In this document: piece after piece, positions 1 through 9,064 of the stretch
Layout: the number at the start of each line of letters is the position of its first letter
Position numbering within the stretch: the stretch's first letter is position 1
Assembly (NCBI GenBank): GCA_003153915.1
Contig: PMBX01000114.1
Coordinates: forward strand, 1-32,617
Length of the DNA stretch: 32,617 bases
DNA from: Phycisphaerales bacterium
Lineage (GTDB): Bacteria > Planctomycetota > Phycisphaerae > SM23-33
Reading direction: 5' to 3'
Position numbers and translations under genes: made by a program
The notes under the pieces: generated by a model
Database searches by the model: none
Seen by the model: the letters and a program-made list of their open reading frames with translations, nothing else
What the model was told of the DNA's origin: nothing

Positions 1-49
1 GGTCGAGGAGGCGAGCGTAGCGAGCCAACAACGGTTCCCGAGTTGGCGG

Positions 50-1174
50 CTACGATTTTACCGCCTCCAAGATAAGTTTGAGATTGGTACTGAACCTGGA
101 ATTGGGATCGCCTGATCCTTCCGAGCCCCAATAACCACATGCTGCCACCAAAAGGTTACGACTGGGGATCATGACCATGTAATGGCCGCCGTAGCCGATG
201 GCCGCAAACGTGTCCGGAGGAGCGGTGGGCCAGTACAGGCCGCCAGTGGCGGGCATGGGGGCATTGAACCACCAGTTGAATCCGTATAACCCAGGCCCGG
301 GTTCCCACTGGTTATTGTCCCCGCCATAGCTGCCGATCCCGAGGTAATCCAACGGATCTCGCTTGGCGGCTCGGGGTAAACTCGCCGGTACCTGGGGCTT
401 CATGTACCGTTCGAAGAAATCCCGCCTCAGTATTTGTCGGCCGTTCCATTCGCCATGATGCATCCACATCCAACCGATACGGGCAAAATCCCGAGCAGAT
501 GTCTCCACCTTCATGCTCTTGGCGAATACGTCTCCATCCTCAAGCCGCAAGTCCTTCAGCAGCCGGCCGGATGGGGCATTCAGCCCCTTTCCGCCAAAGA
601 CGCGGTCCAGCGTCAAGGCATACAACTGGATGGCGAAGTCGTTATACGCCCAGCCCGCACCTGGCGGCTCCTTCAGCGTATACCCGCTGACCATGTTGGC
701 CAGGTGGGCAAAGGTTATGGACCGGTCCTTGCCAAACATTGTCCAGCTCCAGTCGCCCACTCGGTCATCCACGCTCTTGAGCCGGCCTTCCTGGATGGCG
801 AAAAACAGCATCGTACTCAGCATCGGTTTAGACGCGGATCGCCAGTTGGTCTTTTGGGACGGTTTGCCCCAACTTGCCACCATGAAACCATCCTTGATCA
901 CGCAGCCACAGCTTTCACCCTCTTCGGTGGGGCCATCTGCGGGGTCCTTGGCAAGCGTGGTCAGTCTCGATATAAAGGCATGGAGTTTCTCCGGGTCCAT
1001 ACCAACCTCGCCAGGTGGTTTCTTCTCCCATATCTTGGCTGGAAAATGAGCGGCAGGCACGGCGGCCCAGGAGAAACCGCCAACCATAAATAAGACCGCC
1101 TCCGCCAGTAAAACCATCGACAGGCCGGAGGAACAAGCCTTGCGAAATCGGATGATGTTGCCAAGCCCCTTCAT
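50..1174 (-). CDS. Secreted serine hydrolase, beta-lactamase/transpeptidase-like fold
   Basis: 374-aa ORF. ATG at 1172-1174 has GGAG 7 nt upstream. N-terminal hydrophobic signal/anchor (LSMVLLAEAVLFMVGGFSWAAVPA). S-x-x-K motif (SASKPML) and a C-terminal GYGGHYMVMIP block resemble class-C beta-lactamase/esterase-type hydrolases. Family call by eye only. Confidence 0.6.
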   Translation of the reverse strand: MKGLGNIIRFRKACSSGLSMVLLAEAVLFMVGGFSWAAVPAAHFPAKIWEKKPPGEVGMDPEKLHAFISRLTTLAKDPADGPTEEGESCGCVIKDGFMVASWGKPSQKTNWRSASKPMLSTMLFFAIQEGRLKSVDDRVGDWSWTMFGKDRSITFAHLANMVSGYTLKEPPGAGWAYNDFAIQLYALTLDRVFGGKGLNAPSGRLLKDLRLEDGDVFAKSMKVETSARDFARIGWMWMHHGEWNGRQILRRDFFERYMKPQVPASLPRAAKRDPLDYLGIGSYGGDNNQWEPGPGLYGFNWWFNAPMPATGGLYWPTAPPDTFAAIGYGGHYMVMIPSRNLLVAACGYWGSEGSGDPNSRFSTNLKLILEAVKS

Positions 1175-1255
1175 ATTATTTCTCCAAAAAAGGACATACC
1201 GCTTCCCAGTCCAGCGGGGGTCCCGCTTCGGCCAAAGCCGGCGCCTCGCTGATAC

Positions 1256-2527
1256 CTACCCCTTGACCCTGTTTCCCATGCCCTGTGTTTCCCGCCATTG
1301 CGTCGGCTTGGAGACCTTCACTACGGCTTCGACGATCTGCCTCATACGCGCTGGGGCGGCCAGCAGGATCGATTGGCCCAGCCAGACCGTATCCCGGCAG
1401 ACCTGCTCACAGACCGGGCAGCTCACGCGGCTGTAGTCCACGTGTTGAGCGACGAATGGCGCCAGCGAGGGCGTCATGCCGCGGCTGCTCTTGAAGAAAC
1501 CGTACTGATACAGCGGCAGGGCGTAACCCTCACTGGCGGGCACGCCTTCGGCCCGCAGCAACTGGAGGAACAGTTGGCGGTTCATACCCAACTTGGCCTC
1601 GTCGATGCGGAAGCAGTAAAGGTGGTAGCCGCGGCGGGTCATGCGCTTGTCGCCCTTGAGCATGACGATGCCGGGAATTTTAGACAGCCCCTTGTCTAGA
1701 ATTTTCGCGTTGGACTGGCGCGTGAGGGTTTGCTTCTCCAGACGCGGCAATTGCGCCAGCAGCAGGGCCGCCTGGAACTCTGTCAGCCGCCAGTTGGTCC
1801 CCAGAACGTCGTGCTGGTACCAGGCCGAGTTCTTGGTGCGTCCGCAGTTGGTGCGGGCGCGGATGGCGTCGGCGAGTTTCTCGTCGTCGGTCAGGACGAT
1901 GCCTCCCTCGGCGCTGGTGATGTTCTTGGAGAACTGGAAGCTGAAGGCCCCGCAGTCGCCCAGGGCGCCGGTGCCCTTTCGCTTCCAGCGGCTGCCCCAG
2001 GAGTGGCAGGCGTCCTCCAGGATCATCAGTTTATATTTCTTGGCGATGGCAGACAGGCGGTCCATGTCCGCTACGTACCCGGCCAGATGGACGGGCATGA
2101 TGATCTTGGTGCGCGGGGTGATCTTGCGCTCCACGTCGTCGGGGTCGATGCACAGCGTGTCAGGCAGGATATCGGCGAAGACTGGGATGGCGTTGGCCAT
2201 GACAACCGCCGACGCTGAGGCCATGAAGGTGTATGGAGGCAGGATCACCTCGTCGCCGGCCTGGATGCCCATGCCCAGCAGCGCCGCCAACAGCGCCATC
2301 GACCCGCTATTGGCCACCACGCCGTACTTGGCGCCCTGGAAGGTGGCGAACTTCTCCTCGAACTCCCTGCATTTGCTCCCGTTCCACCACTTGCCGGACT
2401 CCAGGACCTCCAGCAGGGCTTTCCGCTCCACTGCTCCGTGAATCGGCCAGGCGGGCCAGGCGGATTTCCTGGCGATTGCTGCGGACTTGGAGGAAGCTGC
2501 CTTGTCGCGACTTCGTCTGGCTGCCAT
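1256..2527 (-). CDS. DegT/DnrJ/EryC1/StrS-family PLP-dependent sugar aminotransferase
   Basis: The ORF track starts this ORF at a TTG (2584). I prefer ATG 2525-2527, which has GAGGAG 6 nt upstream and gives 423 aa. Family blocks present: ANSGSMALLAAL, DEVILPPYTF, and FSFQFSKNITSAEGG (PLP lysine). Confidence 0.85.
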   Translation of the reverse strand: MAARRSRDKAASSKSAAIARKSAWPAWPIHGAVERKALLEVLESGKWWNGSKCREFEEKFATFQGAKYGVVANSGSMALLAALLGMGIQAGDEVILPPYTFMASASAVVMANAIPVFADILPDTLCIDPDDVERKITPRTKIIMPVHLAGYVADMDRLSAIAKKYKLMILEDACHSWGSRWKRKGTGALGDCGAFSFQFSKNITSAEGGIVLTDDEKLADAIRARTNCGRTKNSAWYQHDVLGTNWRLTEFQAALLLAQLPRLEKQTLTRQSNAKILDKGLSKIPGIVMLKGDKRMTRRGYHLYCFRIDEAKLGMNRQLFLQLLRAEGVPASEGYALPLYQYGFFKSSRGMTPSLAPFVAQHVDYSRVSCPVCEQVCRDTVWLGQSILLAAPARMRQIVEAVVKVSKPTQWRETQGMGNRVKG

Positions 2528-2592
2528 CGGGTACTCCTCAAAGCGGCGTCTTCTCATCGTGCAACGAAAACCGGGATTCCGCAATGTAAATC

Positions 2593-2620
2593 ATAATACC
2601 GCCGCGTACCGCTGAGTAAA
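2593..2620 (-). promoter_or_regulatory. Candidate sigma70-like promoter for the aminotransferase gene
   Basis: Minus strand reads TTTACT, 16 nt spacer, TATTAT, about 65 nt upstream of the ATG at 2527. Sequence match only. Confidence 0.3.
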
Positions 2621-2669
2621 GGCCGACACAACGACCGCCGTGGTATCGTCGCGACGGAAACTATCGTCC

Positions 2670-3950
2670 TTACTTTGTCTTGGCTTTCCAGGTGAGGATG
2701 CAGGCGTCGCCTGGATCGAGTTGGGTCTCCAGAGAGGCCCCGCCAAGCAGCTTCACCGAACCGTCCTTGGCGACCCGGCCCATCAGGGTCTTGGGGTCCC
2801 ACGCCAGGGACAAGGGCGAAAAACCGTAGGGGTCCTGGTTGACGATCACCAGGAAACGGCGGTCTCCCTTTGACAGCAGGGAGACGACGGCCTTTTTGTT
2901 GCCGACATCGAGGTGTTTGATGGGGGCTTCGGGGCTGTAACTTCTGACGCCAAACGGGGCCGATCCACCGATGTATCGAATCGCTTCCACCTTTGAACCA
3001 ACGAATACCCCTGCCTGTGCTTGTATCTGCCTGTTGATTTGCCGAGTCATGTCGTAGGTAGGCGTCCGCCGGCCTTCGGTGTCGATAGGCCCGGCCTTGA
3101 GGTAATCGGGCGGGGGAGACTTCCACGTCCAATACATGAAGTACTCGATGCCTGTCGCCCCATAGGCTAAGTTTGTGTACACCTGAACTCGCAAGCCACC
3201 CAAAGTCGGGACGGGCATGCAACTCCCATCATTGGGGTCCGGTGTCTTGCCCCAACCCACGGAGGCGATGAAGACCCACAAAGGCTTGTGGAACACGCGG
3301 GCGGCGCCGGCGACGGTGTCCAGGCTCCCGCCGTACCAACTGGACTCAACACCAGCCTGCTTGACCGGATAACAATCATAGGACAACACCTCCACAGGGA
3401 CTTCGCGGAGAAACCTATAGACGTACTCTGCGTAGTTCTCCACCCCCATCTGTTCGGGAGTGCAACTGGGAAACAAATTGATCCAGCAGATCCGGTTGGG
3501 ATCGGCGTCCACCTGGCGGATCCGGCGGATCGTCTCAGCCAGTTTGGGGAAAGCTACTACCGATGGTTCATCACTGACGAAATATCCGCCCAAGGCCGGA
3601 TGGTCCTTCAGTGCGGCGGCGATTTCTTCAAAGGATATGCCACCCTCCGCCGGCAGAAGCTTCACCCCAGCCGCCTGTGCGGCATCCAGCATTGCCCGCG
3701 CCTGGGGGACCGAAGCGAACGAGGTCAGCCCATTGGTGAAACCGGCTTCGGCAAACTCCTTGAAGCGATCCACCGTTGCATCAGCGCCACTGGGCGCTCC
3801 CCAGGCCATGATCGTCAGCGGACCGGAGGGCGGCAGCGACAAGTCCGCCATCGGCTGGGTTTGGGAGGCAGGCTCCCCTGCGGCGACTAAAGATGTTACC
3901 GCAAGACACAACGGTACTAGTCCGACCAAGACTTCTTTGCGTGATTTCAT
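2670..3950 (-). CDS. Secreted protein of unknown function, possibly a glycoside-hydrolase-like TIM barrel
   Basis: 426-aa ORF. ATG at 3948-3950 has AGGAG upstream. Sec-type signal peptide (MKSRKEVLVGLVPLCLAVTSLVAAG). The functional guess rests only on a loose resemblance to GH42-like/TIM-barrel hypotheticals and is weak. Confidence 0.6.
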   Translation of the reverse strand: MKSRKEVLVGLVPLCLAVTSLVAAGEPASQTQPMADLSLPPSGPLTIMAWGAPSGADATVDRFKEFAEAGFTNGLTSFASVPQARAMLDAAQAAGVKLLPAEGGISFEEIAAALKDHPALGGYFVSDEPSVVAFPKLAETIRRIRQVDADPNRICWINLFPSCTPEQMGVENYAEYVYRFLREVPVEVLSYDCYPVKQAGVESSWYGGSLDTVAGAARVFHKPLWVFIASVGWGKTPDPNDGSCMPVPTLGGLRVQVYTNLAYGATGIEYFMYWTWKSPPPDYLKAGPIDTEGRRTPTYDMTRQINRQIQAQAGVFVGSKVEAIRYIGGSAPFGVRSYSPEAPIKHLDVGNKKAVVSLLSKGDRRFLVIVNQDPYGFSPLSLAWDPKTLMGRVAKDGSVKLLGGASLETQLDPGDACILTWKAKTK

Positions 3951-4215
3951 GTGGCTCTCCTGTTGGTACCCCCCTTTTCCGGCAACGGGCCGGTGGCGGG
4001 GTATAGTATGAGTGACGTTGGCGGGAAAATAATCTCGCAGAATATAAAAAAATTAATGTCGGTTCGTCGCAACGGGATCCGCGTAGAGGAACCGACCAGA
4101 CGGACTATCCGGCGGATTGGCCGACAGGCTTGTAACTCTCCGTTCCTGGGGATAATCAAGGCACAGCCTTCGCGAGCGCCACCCTGTGCTATCGGGCTTG
4201 ACGTCCCCGCTAAAT

Positions 4216-4238
4216 AAAAAAAGCCCGCCGAAGCGGGC
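4216..4238 (-). terminator. Rho-independent terminator downstream of tRNA-His
   Basis: Minus strand reads GCCCGC-TTCG-GCGGGC (6-bp GC stem, tetraloop) followed directly by seven T. It begins 3 nt after the tRNA 3' end. Confidence 0.7.
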
Positions 4239-4241
4239 AAG

Positions 4242-4316
4242 GGTGGATGATGGGGCTCGAACCCATGACCCCCTGGACCACAACCAGGTGCTCTAACCAA
4301 CTGAGCTACACCCACC
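4242..4316 (-). tRNA. tRNA-His (anticodon GUG)
   Basis: Hand-folded cloverleaf: G(-1), GTGGGTG acceptor, GCTC/GAGC D stem, CCTGG-TTGTGGT-CCAGG anticodon arm, ATGGG-TTCGAGC-CCCAT T arm, CATCCAC, then C73 pairing with G-1 (the His identity feature). CCA is not encoded. Confidence 0.92.
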
Positions 4317-4343
4317 ATGCGGACCGGACAGCCAACTCGGTGA

Positions 4344-4372
4344 ACACTAGCAATTCCACCCTTCCCTGTCAA
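4344..4372 (-). promoter_or_regulatory. Candidate promoter for tRNA-His
   Basis: Minus strand reads TTGACA, 17 nt spacer, TAGTGT. The -10 element ends about 27 nt upstream of the tRNA 5' end. Confidence 0.4.
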
Positions 4373-4389
4373 CGGCGGCACGGTGCGCT

Positions 4390-4623
4390 TTACCGCAGTT
4401 CCTGCAAGCCCATGACGATCAGCAGCCCCCCCAAAGCCAGGGGTGCGATGACCATGGCCAGGAAATACAGGTAAAGGAACATCCGATCGGTCTTGGAGCC
4501 TCCGCGGCGATCGAAGACGGCAGAGTCGAACCACGTGCTCTTTCCGCCCACCCATCCGCTGAGCATAAGCACGCCCAGGAGCATCGAAGCGACACCGCAG
4601 ACTATCAGCACCGCGCCCATCAT
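4390..4623 (-). CDS. Small two-helix membrane protein, hypothetical
   Basis: 77-aa ORF with two clear hydrophobic helices (AVLIVCGVASMLLGVLMLSGWV and LYLYFLAMVIAPLALGGLLIVMGL). No recognisable family. Confidence 0.45.
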   Translation of the reverse strand: MMGAVLIVCGVASMLLGVLMLSGWVGGKSTWFDSAVFDRRGGSKTDRMFLYLYFLAMVIAPLALGGLLIVMGLQELR

Positions 4624-4734
4624 GGGTATGTATCCCGACCGAAATGACCGACGAAGGCGGAGTCTAATGCCGCGGTGACACTCTAGGCAATGGTCAATGT
4701 CTCCATGCGGCGATGCGATGGCAGCGTGGAGGGA

Positions 4735-5133
4735 TCAGGCCGAAGCCGCCGCGGTCACGGGCTGGCGCCGCCGGCCCGTTACCGCGTTCTCGCGGGCGGT
4801 GACAATCGCCTGGTGTAGTTCGTCGACCGTGAAGACGGGCTTGAGCAGCAACTCGTCGCCGCCCTTTTGCCAGACCCGCCAGGCGCGATCAAAGCGAGCC
4901 ATGTGCTCCGTCAGCAGGATCGCAGGTCGCGGACTCATCGTCGTCAGGGATTCGATCAGCCCCCGCTGGGCCAGTTCCGCCGACAAGATCACCAAGTCGG
5001 GCTGCCAGCCTGCCGCTTGCGCCAGCACGGCAGTAGGACGGTTCTCGCAGACCACCAGGTGCGCGTGGGATTCCAGGAACGAAGTCGCCTTTCGGGCGAA
5101 ATGCCAATCCGGGTCCGCAATCAAAACTTTCAT
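4735..5133 (-). CDS. Stand-alone response-regulator receiver domain protein, atypical acidic pocket
   Basis: The ORF track extends to 5229. ATG 5131-5133 (MKVLIADPD...) is preceded by AAGGAG and gives 132 aa. CheY-like pattern present: beta1 VLIAD, DLVILS, ILLT, LLLKP. Confidence 0.75.
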   Translation of the reverse strand: MKVLIADPDWHFARKATSFLESHAHLVVCENRPTAVLAQAAGWQPDLVILSAELAQRGLIESLTTMSPRPAILLTEHMARFDRAWRVWQKGGDELLLKPVFTVDELHQAIVTARENAVTGRRRQPVTAAASA

Positions 5134-5335
5134 GGATCGAATGCTCCTTGATTGTCCGCCCCCTTCAGTACCGAGGCGACTGTCTATCCATCGGCGCGTC
5201 TGGGGGCCGACATAAACAACAGCGGCCATTCGGATTCATAAAAACGTCCAAGCCGGTGGCGGCAGTCCCGCCCGACCCGTGGCATGTCGATATGGCGCTT
5301 GACGCCACCAGTCCCTTGGACTATCCCAAAGAATC

Positions 5336-5875
5336 ATGGAACCTCGTATTACCGGCAGAAAGAACGTCTTTCAAACCCCATACTTCTCCCTGGTGGCCAA
5401 AACCATTTCAGGCCATCTGGACGACGACCCCTTTTATGCCATCGAGGCCAGCGACTATCTGGCCGTCGTGGCCGTCACGGAAAACGATGAACTGCTGCTG
5501 GTCCGCCAATACCGCCCTGCCGTGGAAGACTTCTGCCTGGAACTGCCCGCCGGAACACTGGATACGGATGAGTCCCCCACCGAGGCGGCCAGGAGGGAAC
5601 TGTTGGAGGAAACCGGTTATATAGCCGATGAAATCCGGGAACTGGGATGCCTGATCACCGATTCGGCCAGGCTGGCCAACCGAATGTGGTGCTTTTTCGC
5701 CCCCCGGGTCCGGGCGGTGGCGAACCATCCCAGAGAAAAGGGTATCGAGTTGGTGGTCGTCCCGCGCGATCGGTGGCTGGAGACGCTTCGCCCGCCGGCA
5801 TTGCGGCACGGCTTGCATCTGGGCGCCCTTTACCTGGCCGTAAGCTCCGGGCAGTTTACGCTTCCGTCGCGATAG
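5336..5875 (+). CDS. Nudix hydrolase, ADP-ribose/nucleotide-sugar pyrophosphatase-like
   Basis: 179 aa with a canonical Nudix box, GTLDTDESPTEAARRELLEETGY (G-x5-E-x7-REUxEExGU). Confidence 0.85.
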   Translation: MEPRITGRKNVFQTPYFSLVAKTISGHLDDDPFYAIEASDYLAVVAVTENDELLLVRQYRPAVEDFCLELPAGTLDTDESPTEAARRELLEETGYIADEIRELGCLITDSARLANRMWCFFAPRVRAVANHPREKGIELVVVPRDRWLETLRPPALRHGLHLGALYLAVSSGQFTLPSR

Positions 5876-5901
5876 TCCTTCTGTTTTTGTGGAATAGAGC
5901 C

Positions 5902-7137
5902 ATGAACGCCACCAAGGAAGATTTTCAAGCCGATCTGTGCGTCGTGGGAGGCGCAGGGCACGTGGGCCTGCCCCTGGCGATCGTCTTCGCCTCCAAGGGC
6001 CTGAAGGTGATGATCCACGACGTCAACGCCGCCGCCTGGGAAACCATCCGCTCGGGTAAGATGCCCTTCATGGAGGCCGGCGCTGAACCGCTGCTCAAAG
6101 ACGTCCTGGCCAAGGGCCGGCTGGCGTTTTCCAGCGATCCGGCGGCGCTGCGGGGCGTGCCAAAAGTCATCATCACAATCGGCACGCCGCTGGATGAGTA
6201 CTTCAACCCGGTATTCAAGGGCTTTCAGCGGTTCCTCGACGCCTCGGCGCCCCACATGGACCAGACACGCCTCATCGTCCTGCGGTCCACTGTCGCCCCG
6301 GGCACCACAGAATGGTTGCAGCGAGAACTCCACCGTCGCGGACTAAAGGCCCAACTGGCTTTCTGCCCCGAGCGCATCGTCCAGGGCTTCGCCGTCCAGG
6401 AATTGCAGAAACTGCCCCAGATCGTCAGCGGTACAACCGACCAGGCCGCGAGCGAGGCGACCGAGTTGTTCCAGCTCATAACGCGGGAGGTCATCCACGT
6501 CTCCCCTACCGAGGCCGAGTTCGCCAAGATATTCTGCAACGTCTACCGCTACGTGCAGTTCGCCATCGCAAACCAGTTCTACATGGTCGCCGACGCCGCG
6601 GGGGTGGACTACAGCCGCATCCTGGAGGCATGCAAGCGACATTACCCTCGCCTACAGGACATGCCCGGTGCGGGATTCGCCGCCGGCCCATGCCTGCTGA
6701 AGGACACCATGACCCTGGTGGCCTTCGCCCGCAACCAGTTCAGCCTTGGCCACGCGGCCATGATGGTCAACGAGGGGTTGGTGTTGTATCTGGTCGAGAA
6801 GATGGCCAAAGAATACGACCTGCCCAATATGACCGTGGGGCTGCTTGGCATGGCGTTTAAGGGCGAAAGCGACGATACGCGCGCCTCGCTGAGCTACAAG
6901 CTCAAGAAGTTTCTCACGATCCGATCTCGGCGGATCCTGACGGCCGACCCGTACGTGACAACCGATCCGGACATCCTGCCCGTCGAACGAGTCATCGCCG
7001 ACAGCGACGTGCTGGTCCTCTGCACGCCCCACAAGCAATACCGCAACCTGGACCTGCGAGGCAAACCGCTGGTGGATGTCTGGGGCTGCCATCGGGATGA
7101 TGGCAAAGGCAGCGGGCAGCCGTGCCGGGAGGCGTAA
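5902..7137 (+). CDS. Nucleotide-sugar dehydrogenase (UDP-glucose/GDP-mannose dehydrogenase family)
   Basis: The ORF track starts at 5647 and overlaps the Nudix gene. The in-frame ATG at 5902 (MNATKEDF...) sits just before the Rossmann motif VVGGAGHVGLPLA. Catalytic Cys block FAAGPCLLKD and C-terminal GMAFKGESDDTR block are present. 411 aa. Confidence 0.85.
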   Translation: MNATKEDFQADLCVVGGAGHVGLPLAIVFASKGLKVMIHDVNAAAWETIRSGKMPFMEAGAEPLLKDVLAKGRLAFSSDPAALRGVPKVIITIGTPLDEYFNPVFKGFQRFLDASAPHMDQTRLIVLRSTVAPGTTEWLQRELHRRGLKAQLAFCPERIVQGFAVQELQKLPQIVSGTTDQAASEATELFQLITREVIHVSPTEAEFAKIFCNVYRYVQFAIANQFYMVADAAGVDYSRILEACKRHYPRLQDMPGAGFAAGPCLLKDTMTLVAFARNQFSLGHAAMMVNEGLVLYLVEKMAKEYDLPNMTVGLLGMAFKGESDDTRASLSYKLKKFLTIRSRRILTADPYVTTDPDILPVERVIADSDVLVLCTPHKQYRNLDLRGKPLVDVWGCHRDDGKGSGQPCREA

Positions 7138-7143
7138 CGTCCA

Positions 7144-7908
7144 ATGTGTGCCAGCGGACAGAACAAGGCCGGAGAAAGAGAGTTCTTCGACAAGCACGCC
7201 GAAGCCGTCAGCGAGTACGACGTTCTCTCCGAAAGAACCAATCGGCGGCTTGTCCAGGCCTGCCTGGACCGATGCCGTTTGGAACCAGGAATGCGAGTGC
7301 TGGACCTGGGCTGCGGGTCAGGCATCTTCAGTCATCTCCTGAGCCGTCACGGTATGAGCGTCACCGGCGTGGATATCTCTCCCGGACTTATCGACTTGGG
7401 CGCCAGGCTTTACCCGGAGGTGAAATTCCTTGTCGGCGACGCCGAGGCGCTGCCTTTTGAGGACGGGCACTTTGACTGTGTTTTCATGGGCGGCCTGATT
7501 CACCACTTCGCAGACCCCTCCGCGCTAGCCGGCGAGGTGGCCCGACTGCTCCGGGACGGCGGCTCTTTCTTCGCGTTCGACCCCAACCGGCGCAATCCCT
7601 TCATGTGGCTGTATCGGGACCATGACTCGCCTTTATACAGTTCCAAGGGCGTCACACCGGGCGAGCGACCTGTCCTGGCTGAAGAGGTTGCCACGATCTT
7701 CGCCTGGGCCGGTTTCCGGATCTCTAGCGAGGCGACATCGGTCGAGTATAGATACGCCGCTTCTCTGTTGATGAGACTACTGCTGCCCGCCTGCAACCTG
7801 GTGGAGAAGGTTTTTCTGTCGCCTCCTTTCCTTGGCCCATTCCGTGCCTTCGTGCTGACACACGGTGTCAAGCTGGCCAGGCCGGGCCAGGTTACTCAAC
7901 AGACATGA
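7144..7908 (+). CDS. Class I SAM-dependent methyltransferase
   Basis: 254 aa. Motif I VLDLGCGSG, post-I VTGVDIS, and motif II FDCVFMGGLIHH. Starts 6 nt after the dehydrogenase stop. Confidence 0.8.
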   Translation: MCASGQNKAGEREFFDKHAEAVSEYDVLSERTNRRLVQACLDRCRLEPGMRVLDLGCGSGIFSHLLSRHGMSVTGVDISPGLIDLGARLYPEVKFLVGDAEALPFEDGHFDCVFMGGLIHHFADPSALAGEVARLLRDGGSFFAFDPNRRNPFMWLYRDHDSPLYSSKGVTPGERPVLAEEVATIFAWAGFRISSEATSVEYRYAASLLMRLLLPACNLVEKVFLSPPFLGPFRAFVLTHGVKLARPGQVTQQT

Positions 7909-7941
7909 CCAATCGGCCCGGTCAAAGGAGCAATACAGGTA

Positions 7942-8934
7942 ATGGCAAATTCGTATCTTGTCACGGGCGGGACCGGTTTCCTGGGTAGCGCCCTGGTGCG
8001 CCGGCTTGTGGGGCAGGGCCATTCCGTGCGCGTCCTGGACAACAACTATCGCGGCAGAAGCGACCGCCTGACGGATGTGCGTGGCCAGGTGGAAATCATC
8101 GATGCGGATATCCGCGACGCCTCTGCCGTCGAGCGGGCCGTGGCGGGCGTGGATGTCGTGGCGCACCTTGCGTTCATCAACGGCACGCGGTGGTTCTACT
8201 CGCACCCGGAACTCGTGCTGGACGTGGGCGTCCGCGGCATGCTCAACGTGTTGGATGCCTGTATGAAACACGGCGTGGGGGAACTGATCCTTGCCTCCAG
8301 CTCCGAGGTCTACCAGACCCCGCCCCGCGTGCCCACCGACGAGACCGTGCCACTGACGATCCCCGACCCCCACAACCCACGATATTCCTACGCATCGGGC
8401 AAGCTCATCAGCGAGATACTGGCCATCAACTTCGGGCGAAAACATTTCCGCCGCGTGGTGATCTTCCGCCCGCACAACGTCTACGGTCCTGACATGGGCT
8501 TCGAGCACGTCATACCACAGTTCGTGCTTCGGATGAAGAAGCTTTGCCCCCAACAGAGCGACCCAGCCCAGCCGATCGCCTTCCCCATCCAGGGCACGGG
8601 TAAGGACAGCCGATCGTTCATATTCATCGAGGACTTCATCGACGGCCTATCCTTGGTAATGGACTCCGGCGAGCACCTGGGCATCTACCACATCGGCACA
8701 GGCGAGGAAGTGTCCATCGCGCGTGTGGCGGAGATGGTGGGCGAATATTTCCACCGAAAGGTCGTTATCCAGCCCGGCCCGCCGGCCGAGGGCGGGACAC
8801 CGCGGCGATGTCCGGATATCTCGCGGATCGCCGCGCTGGGTTTCAAGCCACGCTACAACCTCGCTGCTGGACTGGCCATGACGGCACGATGGTACGACGA
8901 AAACTCCGCCATGGCCCCGGAAGGGTTCTTCTGA
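7942..8934 (+). CDS. NAD-dependent epimerase/dehydratase (extended SDR; UDP-glucuronate decarboxylase- or 4-epimerase-like)
   Basis: 330 aa. VTGGTGFLGSAL (GxxGxxG), ASSSEVY, and YSYASGK (YxxxK). AAGGAG lies 11 nt upstream of the ATG. Confidence 0.85.
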   Translation: MANSYLVTGGTGFLGSALVRRLVGQGHSVRVLDNNYRGRSDRLTDVRGQVEIIDADIRDASAVERAVAGVDVVAHLAFINGTRWFYSHPELVLDVGVRGMLNVLDACMKHGVGELILASSSEVYQTPPRVPTDETVPLTIPDPHNPRYSYASGKLISEILAINFGRKHFRRVVIFRPHNVYGPDMGFEHVIPQFVLRMKKLCPQQSDPAQPIAFPIQGTGKDSRSFIFIEDFIDGLSLVMDSGEHLGIYHIGTGEEVSIARVAEMVGEYFHRKVVIQPGPPAEGGTPRRCPDISRIAALGFKPRYNLAAGLAMTARWYDENSAMAPEGFF

Positions 8935-9064
8935 TCGCTTATCGCCACAGAATTTTTCATAGACGCGGCGGATTAAGAGTGCGGTTAGAATACTAGTGGT
9001 AGCAGCCTGCTAGCCCCACCCTCCCCCTGCCTGGTAGAACCTGAACGTTGGTCATGCCACTGCC

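Noticed and set aside
2449-2527. Possible twin-arginine (Tat) signal at the N-terminus of the aminotransferase (MAARRSRDKAASS...)
   Set aside because: No hydrophobic h-region follows the RR and there is no S/T-RRxFLK pattern. The enzyme family is cytoplasmic and PLP-dependent. It is more likely just a basic, disordered N-terminal extension.
3951-4217. 88-aa plus-strand ORF (or 70 aa from ATG 4008) in the 265-nt spacer between the secreted-protein gene and the tRNA-His terminator
   Set aside because: It has a GTG start and no convincing SD. It crosses a markedly AT-rich tract (about 4025-4060) that looks like promoter or upstream DNA for the minus-strand gene, and I recognise no family. I could not define a clean -35/-10 pair there either, so the spacer remains unexplained. 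A small basic protein is not fully excluded.
3947-4555. 202-aa minus-strand ORF
   Set aside because: It runs straight through tRNA-His, the tRNA terminator and the small membrane protein gene, so it is not credible as coding.
5647-5901. 85-codon N-terminal extension of the sugar dehydrogenase ORF
   Set aside because: It overlaps the 3' third of the Nudix gene in another frame and is Gly/Arg/Pro-rich. The Rossmann fold begins right after ATG 5902.
7777-8553. 258-aa minus-strand ORF
   Set aside because: It is antisense to the SDR epimerase/dehydratase, which has clear GxxGxxG and YxxxK motifs.
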